Of a stretch of 45,374 nt of DNA, positions 26,601-35,524 are shown in pieces (within the stretch, counting starts at the first letter, position 1; each line of letters begins with the position of its first letter). A program made the position numbers and the translations under genes. Below the pieces are notes generated by a model, which had not been told where the DNA came from, ran no database searches, and worked only from the letters and a program-made list of their open reading frames with translations. The DNA comes from a virus (Duplodnaviria > Caudoviricetes): the IMG/VR virus record IMGVR_UViG_3300025112_000030, positions 1 to 45,374 of that record. One strand, 5' to 3'.

Positions 26601-29600
26601 ACCTTAGCATTATTATTCAATGGTGTCTTCTTCATATCAGACATTTTAATATCTACACTAGGTTTTTTTGTCCCGCTAACACGATTATATATAGTATCCA
26701 TTCTCTGGTAGAAAGACCTCTTGGCTCTCATTGGAACCATACGGGATGCATGTATAGGCTTAAAGTACTGTGGAGAATCTTTAGAAGTCTTTAATGGTCT
26801 AATAGGACTTAACAGCCAATAACTAAAATAATCCTGTAACAAGCCGTCTGTAAGCCCTGCAGAGCGTTCAAGTGCTGCGAGCTTAGACATGGTATCATAT
26901 ATCTTGCCGTCTAGATCTACATTCATAGCATTATCACGTGCTTTATCACCATGTATTTCTCTGGCAAACTCTTTTATCTCAAAAGCAGCCTCTTTTATTT
27001 TAGGATAAACATCTTCAACAACATTTACGGTTCTGCCTTGCTTGGCAAATTCATTTTGTATCTTAATGAATTGATCTGTTAGTAATTCCATTGTGGCATA
27101 CTGCCCAAGCTCTTTACCTATGAACTCAAGAGCCTGCTCTGGATTGGAAACCATTAAGTCTCTCATTCTTTGTGATGTAGCAAAAGATAACTCACTTGCT
27201 ATAATATTATAATGTTCACTTAAGTATTTAGCAACTATATTATTCCTTTGTTCAAGCTTTCCGCTTGCATTCCTATAAAATCCTTCTATACCTAAAATAG
27301 TATCATACATAAGATTTTGTACTTCTACTAAATTTTCAAACATAAAACTCTCTCTAGTGAAACCTAGATTTTCAAGTTTCTGGTTGAGCTTTGGATATAT
27401 AGTATTGATTCCTGCTTTGTATCCCATCTTATTATTGGAAGCTTTGATTGAATCTAATACTTCAAATAATTTCTTCTGCCTATCGTACTCATAGTTATAT
27501 TGTCTAGGCTTTATATTATCTATAGCCTCTTTTATACCGCCTATTTCTGTATTTCTCATTAACCTAATGAAGTCACTATAATTATCTATAGACTTTCCCT
27601 TTTCAGTAACATCAAATAAAGATCTATATAATAAATCTCTGAACTGGTTGTAAGGTCTTACATTAGGATCCTTACTGGCATCTGCTGACTTATTAACAAT
27701 CATAGTGCCCAGATCAAGGAAGAACCTATGTGCTTTCTCTTTGCCCATAGGAGCATTCTCCTTTAAACGTATATTAAGACTTCCTTTAACAGTCTTACCC
27801 TTTCTCGTTTTGTAAGAATATGGTATTTTTATATTACCGCCATTTGCGTTGATATAATCATACATGTTCTGCATAGCTATCTTAGCTGATAGCCCGTAAC
27901 CCAGCCCCTGTTTACCAGTACTGGCGTTCTTAGCTACCTGAAACCTGTGGGATGGTGAGAACATCATAAACTTCTCATCCATGAAGTCTTTTCTAGTTAC
28001 TTCACTCATGTCAGCTTGAAACAAGTCTTCAAGCATAGACTCATATTCCTTGTTCCAATGTTTACGCTCATTCCTGTTGACTTCATAAAAGTCAATCAAC
28101 TCTTTATTCATACCCTGAAATATCTTGATACTGTCTGAATCTTTATCTGCTCCACCAAGATAGGTATTGTCTTTGTGGTGCGTAAATGATCCCGCACCTT
28201 TCTGATTTGTCCAACCCTTGAAACGTAGTTTACGTATTCCAGATATCGAATCAGCAGGAGTACGTATAGTAAGAAGGCTGAAAGCCTGATCAAACTCCTT
28301 CTTAGCCTTTTCGGAAAGTCCTGCGGAGTGTTCCCTAAGATATAAGTCCCAAACCTTGCCAAGGGTGTTTGACTCACCCCTAAATACCACAGGCATTTGT
28401 TTAAAACCATTGTCAAGATAAATTTCTCCTTCTTCCAGCAATCTGTTTTTCTTAGCAGGATCTATTTCAACATAGCTCATCATGTCTGGAGTAAAACCCT
28501 TCAGCCATGATTTACCTCCTGTATGTATATATGGATTGCTTATTCGCTTAGTAAAATATTTACGTAAAGCGTTAAAATAATTATTCTTATTAAAACTCAT
28601 AGTATGCTTGGCTACATAAGTGCCACGCAATGCTTCTGTGAGATTGCGATTATCATCATGAAACTTCCTGAATGCTGAGTCAGTATCAGGTTCAAACGAT
28701 TCATGGCTAGGCTGATCTAGCTCACCAGCCAGATCAAGCTTCATAATACGGTCTGATATAAGTTTACCCATCTCACTATCGGGTCTATTAATCAGTATCT
28801 CACTCATAAATTCATAAGGCATTTCATCAAGATCCATCTTCTCATCAACAAATTTCTTACGGAATGCCTCTACATCATCTGTATTTCTAAACTCATTAAC
28901 AAGCTCTACAGCCCTCTTTGATCCTTTGAGTGACGGCTCAAGGATATCCCTGATATAGACATCCGCATACCCTTCTGCTTGGACTTCGTTTGACTGTCCA
29001 TATAATTGAATTGGCATACTTGTTCCATATACATCTTTTCCTGTGTTCTCATATGTTCCAGAACTAATCTGTAATTTTTCAATTGGAATCTCTATTGGTT
29101 GTAAATTATCTGATTCATATTTGCCCTCTTTATACTTAAGAGTGCTCTTTGGATTGTTGCCAGCAAGCTTGGCAGCACTACCATAGACAACAGCATGTAT
29201 GTTATTGGCTTTCATCCAGTCGTTTAAGGCTGGGAAAGCCTCTTGCCCATTAGACTTAGTACCTAAGAAGCCTTGTTCTGTTCTAACGGCAATTACGGGC
29301 TTAAAATGCCCTGTGTTATTAGAGTTGCGTCCCATTGCTATTGTGCTTGCATCAATAAAGTCGCTTCTAAATTCCATAAGACCATCAGAATCACTGATTT
29401 CTACTTTGATATCTTCATACTCTTTAGTCTCAGGGTTATAAAGCTTTACTGTTTTTGGATCATCTATAATAACTATACGAAATGTTTCACCATTATTAGT
29501 GCCTTCAATACCCTCAAAACTTTCCTTAACCATAGGTGTCATACGATTAGCCATAAGCTGTACTCTTTTATTAAGGTCAGCTACACTACTGCCAAAGTTC

Positions 29601-31687
29601 TGCTTAGGATCTATAATAGCCCATGCCTGCTCTACAGGTAGATTGTTCATTTGTGCGAGATTTACTACATTTGATATAAACTTACGCTCATGCAGTTCTT
29701 CTGTCTTGGGTGTATCTCCGAAGATCTCTTTCTCTAAAGCAAGTGATCTGTTATACATCTCTCGGATACGTTCTGGAGTTTCTATCGCACCATTCTGGGA
29801 GAGTATATCAAATATATTATCAAGAGTATAGCCCTCATCCCTAAACAGACTGGTAAGCACAAAGTCCTTATCTTTAACTCCATGTACAATATAACGGTTG
29901 TTCTCTGCTAGTGATGACTGCATTAAACCCAGATCATTAGAATTAAGTGAATATTTTATCTCACCTTTTTCAAGGCTCTGCTCCAGTATCTTAAAGGCTT
30001 GTTTCTCAGTAACGCCTTTATCGTTGACAATCTTTTTTATTACATGAGTCATAAGCATAAAGTCTGACTCTGGAAGAATATCGTTTATAGGCATTTCATT
30101 AAACTTCTCACCTATATCTTTATCACCGATCTTCTCTTTAGTGGTTTCACCATATACAGCATTCTTCTCACCAATCTCTATAAGTACAAGAGGCTGCATC
30201 TTCTGTGTTGTACTTCTGTACCAGCCACGTAACCGTTTGTTCTGATCTTTAGCTACTTTATCACCAAATTGATTAGTGATCTCTTTCATGAATAATTCAA
30301 CATTAGGTTTCTTACCATCCTTGATAGAGTTCTTAGCTATATTGTCTATTACAGTACCTACATCTACAGCATTGCTAAACTTGTCATTGCCTTCAAATAT
30401 ATTTTCAGAAATGTCTTTTATATTCTGGAGATCTTTCTCTGCTGTATCCATCATATCCATCTGATCGTTATTCAATACAGCATTTGTATATACAACAGCA
30501 TTCTCTAAAAGAGTTTTATTTATCTTGTATAAGCCATAAGCCTTATCACGATAGTAATCGTTTACATCCTTCTCTGTATAATCAATCTTATTATCTTCAA
30601 AATGCCTCTCAGCATTGGCTCTCCAATCAATACTCTTACCGCTACTTTCACTCCAGCGGTTTAAGTATCCTAATGCTATACCACTAGAACCTCCTACAGT
30701 ATCACCACTCATTTCATAGCCCATAGGATGTTCGTATAAAATAAACTCTTTAGCCTTACTATTGACTGTGTCCCAGTCTTTTGAATCCTGCGGTCTGAAT
30801 GTTTCCTTACCCGATCTATTGCGGTTAATCCATTTAGCAGCCTCTACTTCTCTGGCGGGTCTTGTATTATATCCAAAGAAACCACCCAGCAAGTATTCAT
30901 AGATCTGCATCTCTGTAGGCTCACCACGAAGTGTAGATGGAAGTCCTGTTACCATAGCACCAAGACTTGTACGCAGCATCTTATTGGCTGTCTCTACTTG
31001 TTGAGCATTGCCTTTATATAAATTACCAACAGAAACAAAGTTGCCTATACCGCCAAAAGCTCCACCTGCTATAAGACCGCCTATATAGCTATCAACAATA
31101 GCATCTTCGCCTTTCCATACATTACTTACAGCACTGGCAGATGCAAGCCCTAACGCTTCTTCTGCTATAGCCCTTGTCCTTGATCCATGCTTTAAGAAAT
31201 CTAGAGATTCTGCACCAGTCTTAGTAAGTCCTTTATTAAGAAGTTTCTTTGTGCCACGTGAAAAGAACATAGGTACAGACACTCTATCTAAGACATCAAT
31301 ACCATCTAAGGTAGCTTGTGTGAATCTTCCTACCTGTTTGCGACCAGTAGCCTTCATACCTAGTTTGGCTAAACCCAGAACTGGTGCTTTAAGTATACCG
31401 GGAGCAAAGCCTGCAAGGTGTCCAAGCTGTCTGAATATAGCCTCACCTGTATTGCGTGGCTCTTTAGGAATAAGATTAAAGGTGGTTAAACCTTCTAGAA
31501 AGCCTGCCTGAGCCTGCTGTAAGCCACGCTTAAGCGAGAAGTCGCTATGTGTACGCTTAAACTCTATAAGGTTATCAGATGCAAGACGCTCCAGTTCATC
31601 TAACTGATCGTCATTGAACATCATAGGGTTAGCCCTATAAGTCCGTATAAGGTTCTGAACCTTTAGAGCTTCATAGGGAGATGGCAT
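23621..31687 (-). CDS. Giant internal virion protein with a two-barrel (crAss-like) RNA polymerase core; putative virion RNAP
   Basis: R1142-T-P and GAD1181-K-D-S-D1185 (beta'-like); SD768G, FKP, K811, SAAK840 (beta-like); last gene of the ejection-protein cluster. Confidence 0.75.
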   Translation of the reverse strand: MPSPYEALKVQNLIRTYRANPMMFNDDQLDELERLASDNLIEFKRTHSDFSLKRGLQQAQAGFLEGLTTFNLIPKEPRNTGEAIFRQLGHLAGFAPGILKAPVLGLAKLGMKATGRKQVGRFTQATLDGIDVLDRVSVPMFFSRGTKKLLNKGLTKTGAESLDFLKHGSRTRAIAEEALGLASASAVSNVWKGEDAIVDSYIGGLIAGGAFGGIGNFVSVGNLYKGNAQQVETANKMLRTSLGAMVTGLPSTLRGEPTEMQIYEYLLGGFFGYNTRPAREVEAAKWINRNRSGKETFRPQDSKDWDTVNSKAKEFILYEHPMGYEMSGDTVGGSSGIALGYLNRWSESSGKSIDWRANAERHFEDNKIDYTEKDVNDYYRDKAYGLYKINKTLLENAVVYTNAVLNNDQMDMMDTAEKDLQNIKDISENIFEGNDKFSNAVDVGTVIDNIAKNSIKDGKKPNVELFMKEITNQFGDKVAKDQNKRLRGWYRSTTQKMQPLVLIEIGEKNAVYGETTKEKIGDKDIGEKFNEMPINDILPESDFMLMTHVIKKIVNDKGVTEKQAFKILEQSLEKGEIKYSLNSNDLGLMQSSLAENNRYIVHGVKDKDFVLTSLFRDEGYTLDNIFDILSQNGAIETPERIREMYNRSLALEKEIFGDTPKTEELHERKFISNVVNLAQMNNLPVEQAWAIIDPKQNFGSSVADLNKRVQLMANRMTPMVKESFEGIEGTNNGETFRIVIIDDPKTVKLYNPETKEYEDIKVEISDSDGLMEFRSDFIDASTIAMGRNSNNTGHFKPVIAVRTEQGFLGTKSNGQEAFPALNDWMKANNIHAVVYGSAAKLAGNNPKSTLKYKEGKYESDNLQPIEIPIEKLQISSGTYENTGKDVYGTSMPIQLYGQSNEVQAEGYADVYIRDILEPSLKGSKRAVELVNEFRNTDDVEAFRKKFVDEKMDLDEMPYEFMSEILINRPDSEMGKLISDRIMKLDLAGELDQPSHESFEPDTDSAFRKFHDDNRNLTEALRGTYVAKHTMSFNKNNYFNALRKYFTKRISNPYIHTGGKSWLKGFTPDMMSYVEIDPAKKNRLLEEGEIYLDNGFKQMPVVFRGESNTLGKVWDLYLREHSAGLSEKAKKEFDQAFSLLTIRTPADSISGIRKLRFKGWTNQKGAGSFTHHKDNTYLGGADKDSDSIKIFQGMNKELIDFYEVNRNERKHWNKEYESMLEDLFQADMSEVTRKDFMDEKFMMFSPSHRFQVAKNASTGKQGLGYGLSAKIAMQNMYDYINANGGNIKIPYSYKTRKGKTVKGSLNIRLKENAPMGKEKAHRFFLDLGTMIVNKSADASKDPNVRPYNQFRDLLYRSLFDVTEKGKSIDNYSDFIRLMRNTEIGGIKEAIDNIKPRQYNYEYDRQKKLFEVLDSIKASNNKMGYKAGINTIYPKLNQKLENLGFTRESFMFENLVEVQNLMYDTILGIEGFYRNASGKLEQRNNIVAKYLSEHYNIIASELSFATSQRMRDLMVSNPEQALEFIGKELGQYATMELLTDQFIKIQNEFAKQGRTVNVVEDVYPKIKEAAFEIKEFAREIHGDKARDNAMNVDLDGKIYDTMSKLAALERSAGLTDGLLQDYFSYWLLSPIRPLKTSKDSPQYFKPIHASRMVPMRAKRSFYQRMDTIYNRVSGTKKPSVDIKMSDMKKTPLNNNAKVHHELNEIIKSKEIKGLAIYDVDVKEIEKFQSLIDDHPILGKDFNNWFMDFTSRMGSPRDATTMDMSDFRMVNNYWKSMRDNSNMELKLMQFYEHPMTTDEKMVAKNIIGSSNKIKMTVMTSKGPVVREVSQIMSPIGIIGHYFKKSQAGLDKYTNFKPDERAELDKIIGSLKSPNERDLYMDSLIEVREGRLPIDDLPKEINRATFDKLNSELTNFNEKMWNKWVSTKGINKQDFDWDTIDNEHTYGRVNEYIRYDKNGRFDFELFQKKVIDAVEQSDKIIGMVGIDGVRRYRYEYLLEKRLYDSNPKNRKEFRELQRKEKPFKATFKRKFDEYVHHSLRNVPEGIKLQQAEWIARKDPSLQTEIARQIQQENPFVDPADRINIDSTGMEGDVAGTGVRPAPLQPRGKDPIPFKRSYDLINDYQNALISGYFRNLMKFKAQNEIDIMLKNMRDYQPSKSEEKRFKDLYKGVSDIEISDKLRYKNYVDVWADYVRLYAEDSLGYQSHFSEKMMTEQGRELLHLNKKNMYYNLSDDVMVKGMEKLYQSKLGKKEAIPFFNNKAIPKDPQARKEYFTRVLHDLGRGEAQYELLTLLANTGTWTTNIFGGATMAIGSAGVRNYMNSFSNDRVYRTLLSDKDGNSVLKLLSGKEVRNRKDLMTYLEERGVIDNFIQNEFEYNSAMTSRLKNAGVNIKDFQRDLLKAMKSKKGNRDESVRDVAKRYGVKDLMLKYGGFLMKQSERVNRLNAFTAHAMQAVEGFGAAGRNMSLADPYVFQQAEKGIEMTQFLYQNAFRPPFMRTAMGKVMGRFKLFAFNSVRIRKEFYRQAKLQGFKPGTESYERFKDTFTIDMFMYALGAAFMFSIFDTTLPPPWDWVQAMADWTFGDKREKDMAFFGSKLGPLNVLKPPIARIPEAFGELLTGQYKDFTGYTMYTLFPFGRGVRQLKQLADPRPFHGVERAPEILFRFPYHQMISRINKAKKRRTQISGIEEILGEA

Positions 31688-31690
31688 CTA

Positions 31691-32233
31691 TTAATAGAAA
31701 CCTACGTTACCTATGCCACGTGTTGGATCCATATCCCTCATAAGTCTTTGCAATCTTGATAAAGCTCTTGCTGTCTGATCTCTACCTTCGCCTGCTATAG
31801 TTGAACCAATAGCCCTAGTTCTATCATAGGCTCTTGGGGCTGCGGAACTAGCCCTTCTATATGTTTCTGCTGCTCCTGACCTAATCTTATCTGCTGCTCC
31901 TGATCTCATTAAGCCTCTTGCTCCTTTATAAGCAAGAGCACCGCCACCAAGAAGACCAAGCAAACTACCAGCTCCCCCTGCAAATCTTTCTCCAGTTGTT
32001 TCTCCATAAACAGATTCGCCTCTGGATGTTGGTCGCCATTCATTAGGGACCATACCAAGTGCAGCAGTATCTAGAAGATCGAATAGACCTTTTCTTCCTG
32101 CTTTGCTTTCTCTTTGGAAGTCAGCACCAATAGCCTGAGATAAAGTAGCTATAACTTCAGCTTCTTCATCTGAGTAACGCTGTGGATTAGCATTGTATTC
32201 TTGTATTAAGTCATATATCATGTTTGGATCCAT
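31691..32233 (-). CDS. Putative ejection/internal virion protein; N-terminus similar to that of the giant protein
   Basis: LIQEYNANP motif; Gly-rich hydrophobic helix. Confidence 0.6.
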   Translation of the reverse strand: MDPNMIYDLIQEYNANPQRYSDEEAEVIATLSQAIGADFQRESKAGRKGLFDLLDTAALGMVPNEWRPTSRGESVYGETTGERFAGGAGSLLGLLGGGALAYKGARGLMRSGAADKIRSGAAETYRRASSAAPRAYDRTRAIGSTIAGEGRDQTARALSRLQRLMRDMDPTRGIGNVGFY

Positions 32234-32769
32234 TAGTATCCTCCTGTTCCTAAACCCTGCATCATTAACATTTGTAGTAATGAATTAGGGTCATATTCTA
32301 AGCTTCTAAGATATTCTTGCGTACCATATTGAGGTAGAAAATCACCTTGTGGTAAACCCGCCATTTTAGGCTCTGGTCTTGGACCAGTTAGTTCTTGAAA
32401 CTCTTTAGCATAGTCACTTTCATCTGAAAATGGATTAAGCCAATTTAAAGGATTGGCTTCCTTTGCTTCAATAAACTCTCGTTTACTTCTATCATAGTCT
32501 TTTTGAAATCCTCGCTGTTTGCGAAAGCTGGCAGCTTGCTGAAACATTTGCTTATCTCCTTTACGCATTTGTCCCATAAGATCTTCTGCTCTCATGCTAC
32601 GAGCTTCTCCAAGATCAAATTGTCTACGCTCTTCACCCATGCTGACATCAAACTGCCTAGACTGTTCCTGCATTTTTCTGTTTTGCATAACATAATTCAA
32701 TAGAGTATTCTCTAAAGTATCTGCTATTGCCAAACCAGATGTATATCCACCATAATCTTGATAAGCCAT
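32233..32769 (-). CDS. Putative ejection/internal virion protein
   Basis: AGGAG SD; repeated RQFD; Q/M-rich; position. Confidence 0.5.
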   Translation of the reverse strand: MAYQDYGGYTSGLAIADTLENTLLNYVMQNRKMQEQSRQFDVSMGEERRQFDLGEARSMRAEDLMGQMRKGDKQMFQQAASFRKQRGFQKDYDRSKREFIEAKEANPLNWLNPFSDESDYAKEFQELTGPRPEPKMAGLPQGDFLPQYGTQEYLRSLEYDPNSLLQMLMMQGLGTGGY

Positions 32770-32794
32770 AATTAACTCCTATTAAAATATATTA

Positions 32795-33415
32795 TTAAGT
32801 GCGTTGCCATTTGTTATACATAAATACCCAATTTAATCCATCGTTATCTGTATGTGTAGTACCAGTACTTGGTGTACCTCCCGTCCATCCAGACGGCATA
32901 AAAGAATTAGGATTATTTAATCCATCGTTCCCCCCCGTATCACCCATGCTGATATTAAATTCATCTTCACCAGAAGCAAGTATATTGCCTAATGCACTTG
33001 TTAATGCATCTTGATATCCATATTGAGCACCTAATACATCTGCCTGATATCCAGCCATAGAACCTTGCAAACCTTGTGTATAAGCCTGATTAGCAGTACC
33101 TAAACCTTGTTGTAAACCATACTGCGATCTACCAAAACCAGATCCAGAAGCTCCTGCTAAACCTTGCCCACCTGTCATAGCAAGAAGATTCTGCTGTCCT
33201 GCTAATTGCTGACCAGACATATCAAAGCCTAGCCCTGTTCTTGCCATACCAATATCTGTCTGCATTTGCCCCATTGATGGGAGAAATGCCATACTGGATT
33301 TATCTAGTCCAGTAACATTGATATCGCCAAATTGTTTTAGAAAACCCAAGGGATCTTCATAACCACCAGAAGGATTTGATTGATTCCAATCGAAATGATA
33401 AGGTGTATGTGCCAT
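32795..33415 (-). CDS. Putative ejection/internal virion protein (G/Q-rich)
   Basis: Composition and position. Confidence 0.5.
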   Translation of the reverse strand: MAHTPYHFDWNQSNPSGGYEDPLGFLKQFGDINVTGLDKSSMAFLPSMGQMQTDIGMARTGLGFDMSGQQLAGQQNLLAMTGGQGLAGASGSGFGRSQYGLQQGLGTANQAYTQGLQGSMAGYQADVLGAQYGYQDALTSALGNILASGEDEFNISMGDTGGNDGLNNPNSFMPSGWTGGTPSTGTTHTDNDGLNWVFMYNKWQRT

Positions 33416-33433
33416 AATTATTTTCCTTTTTAT

Positions 33434-34477
33434 TTACGGATAGGTTGGACCTATAAAACTGGGATTATTCCAGTATGGTTGAGATTGAGGCAGTTGATTA
33501 TATGCCTGTAAAGCCGAACCATATAAGGGATTACCTGCGGCATTACCAACAGTAATAGTTTGTGGATTATAGCCTACTTGCCAAGGTTGTAAACCTCTTC
33601 CTTGTATTTGCGGAACCATATTAATATTACCACCAAAAGTGTGTCCAGATAAAGCTGGAGTAGTTCTAGCTCCTATATTAGATGGTACTGGATTTACAAG
33701 ATTGTTATTAATAACCCCGCCTACTGGGGATGCTTGTGTTGTAGCACCAGTTAATCCAGCAGTTGGATCTGGGGTAAGAACTGGTGCATTACTAACTGGA
33801 TCTGTAGCTATATTAAGCATATTGTTAGGCTTTAACTGTGATCCGGTTAGTTTGGTAAGACCGGGATCACCAGTTAATGCTTTGCTTGTATATCCGGGTC
33901 CACTAAAAGGATCATACGCCTGTGCCCCAGCTATATTAGCTGCTGCTGGTTGTAAAGCACCTATCTGTTCCATGCCTAATGCACTTTTGCCCCAATTAGC
34001 TGCTTTGGTTGCCATAGCAGGATTTGCCCATGCAAAAGCAGCAGATTTTATACCTGTGGAAATAGCCTTATTACGCATAGATGTTTTCATATCATCCTGA
34101 TAATCACTTATATCTTTTTTAAATCTCCTCTTAACTCCTTCTGAGTATTCTTTTTGTTCACCAGTTAAGACATTAATATTTTTACCCAATCCAGTTGCTT
34201 GTGCTTCTCTTCCACCTGCCCATTGCTGACCAAGTAATGACCCGCCATAGGATCCTGCAGCACCACCAAGCCCTGCAGCTACAGCTAAACTAGCCCCACC
34301 AGTTACAGGGGCTAAAGCAAGTCCAAGTAAACCTCCACCAATACCACCAAGAGTAGTAGTTAAACCCTGCCAACCAGCAGTCCTTCGCCTACGCCTATCT
34401 TCAGCACCAGTTTTTTCACTTAACCGCTTATCGGTTTCCATCATTTGTCTTTGTAGTAATAAATCTCCTATTGCCAT
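33434..34477 (-). CDS. Putative ejection/pilot protein with a glycine-zipper hydrophobic segment
   Basis: GGIGGGLLGLALAPVTGGASLAVAAGLGGAAG. Confidence 0.55.
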   Translation of the reverse strand: MAIGDLLLQRQMMETDKRLSEKTGAEDRRRRRTAGWQGLTTTLGGIGGGLLGLALAPVTGGASLAVAAGLGGAAGSYGGSLLGQQWAGGREAQATGLGKNINVLTGEQKEYSEGVKRRFKKDISDYQDDMKTSMRNKAISTGIKSAAFAWANPAMATKAANWGKSALGMEQIGALQPAAANIAGAQAYDPFSGPGYTSKALTGDPGLTKLTGSQLKPNNMLNIATDPVSNAPVLTPDPTAGLTGATTQASPVGGVINNNLVNPVPSNIGARTTPALSGHTFGGNINMVPQIQGRGLQPWQVGYNPQTITVGNAAGNPLYGSALQAYNQLPQSQPYWNNPSFIGPTYP

Positions 34478-34486
34478 AACTGACCT

Positions 34487-35524
34487 CTATCCTTTAAGTT
34501 TTTCTACTTCTGCTGATAATTCTTGTACAGCTTTTATTAAATAGGCTGTTAATTGAGTATTATTGTAAGATTGGAAAATTGGATCTCCGTTATCATCTAC
34601 AGCATCCTTATCTCCTTTTACAATATCGGGAAACTGTTCTTCTAATTCATGAGCCACAAAAGAAACTCTCTGTTCATCAACTTTTTTAAATATACCTATT
34701 TCTTTTTGTGTGAAATGAATAGGTTTGAGAGCATTGATTTTTTCCAAAACCCCATCACTTATATCAACTATATTTTCTTTAATACGGTAATCAGATGTCT
34801 CATTGGGCCAAACCTCAGTAGTGCCAACCCATCCATCTAAATAGGTATCATCCCAAAAAAAGTTTATAGCGTGTTGTCCATTATCGAGTCCACCAGTTCC
34901 AGCACGAGAAAGAAATCCGTCAAAAGATACATAACCATCAACTTCAAGAGCCGGATTTGGAGATATTGAAGTAGCCGCTTTAGAACCCCTTCCTATTAAA
35001 ACTACATCAGTACCACCGTCTACTTTAAACATATTTACATCATTTAAAGATTCTATTCTAAAATTTACATCAACACCATCCTCATTAAATACAGCAACAT
35101 CAGCTCCAGCCTCATCTATTGTTAATATCTTTATATTACCAGCATAAAAATCTATTTGGTCGTCAGTAAAAGTTATTTTTGTATCAGTATCACCATCATG
35201 AAGAATCTCGTCACATTGAATCTGGTTTATATTAGTAATGTCTGTGGTATCATCACCAATTATATTCCCATTCGCATTTATATCACCACTTATAGTTACA
35301 TTATTTTTAACAGTAAGGTTCTTATCTACATGCTCATTGCCATCACGAGTCATATCAGAATACCATAGAATGCCGTTCTGCTTACGATATCTCCTAAGTG
35401 GCTTATTTGTACCATGATATAATACTTCTTCACCTTCACGTAAAGCAGATATTGATGGTTGGGCTTTAACAGTTCTAACCTTATCCTGCTTTTGATTATT
35501 GATATATCTTGATACTCTATCCAT
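34487..35524 (-). CDS. Tail fibre/spike with a C-terminal intramolecular chaperone (peptidase S74)
   Basis: TSDYRIKENI...FVAHELEEQFPDIV...LIKAVQEL. Confidence 0.8.
   Translation of the reverse strand: MDRVSRYINNQKQDKVRTVKAQPSISALREGEEVLYHGTNKPLRRYRKQNGILWYSDMTRDGNEHVDKNLTVKNNVTISGDINANGNIIGDDTTDITNINQIQCDEILHDGDTDTKITFTDDQIDFYAGNIKILTIDEAGADVAVFNEDGVDVNFRIESLNDVNMFKVDGGTDVVLIGRGSKAATSISPNPALEVDGYVSFDGFLSRAGTGGLDNGQHAINFFWDDTYLDGWVGTTEVWPNETSDYRIKENIVDISDGVLEKINALKPIHFTQKEIGIFKKVDEQRVSFVAHELEEQFPDIVKGDKDAVDDNGDPIFQSYNNTQLTAYLIKAVQELSAEVEKLKG

Noticed and set aside
24131-31511. Many plus-strand and alternate-frame ORFs inside the giant gene (likewise inside portal, capsid and fibre genes)
   Set aside because: Shadow ORFs of long genes with no SD or recognisable motifs.
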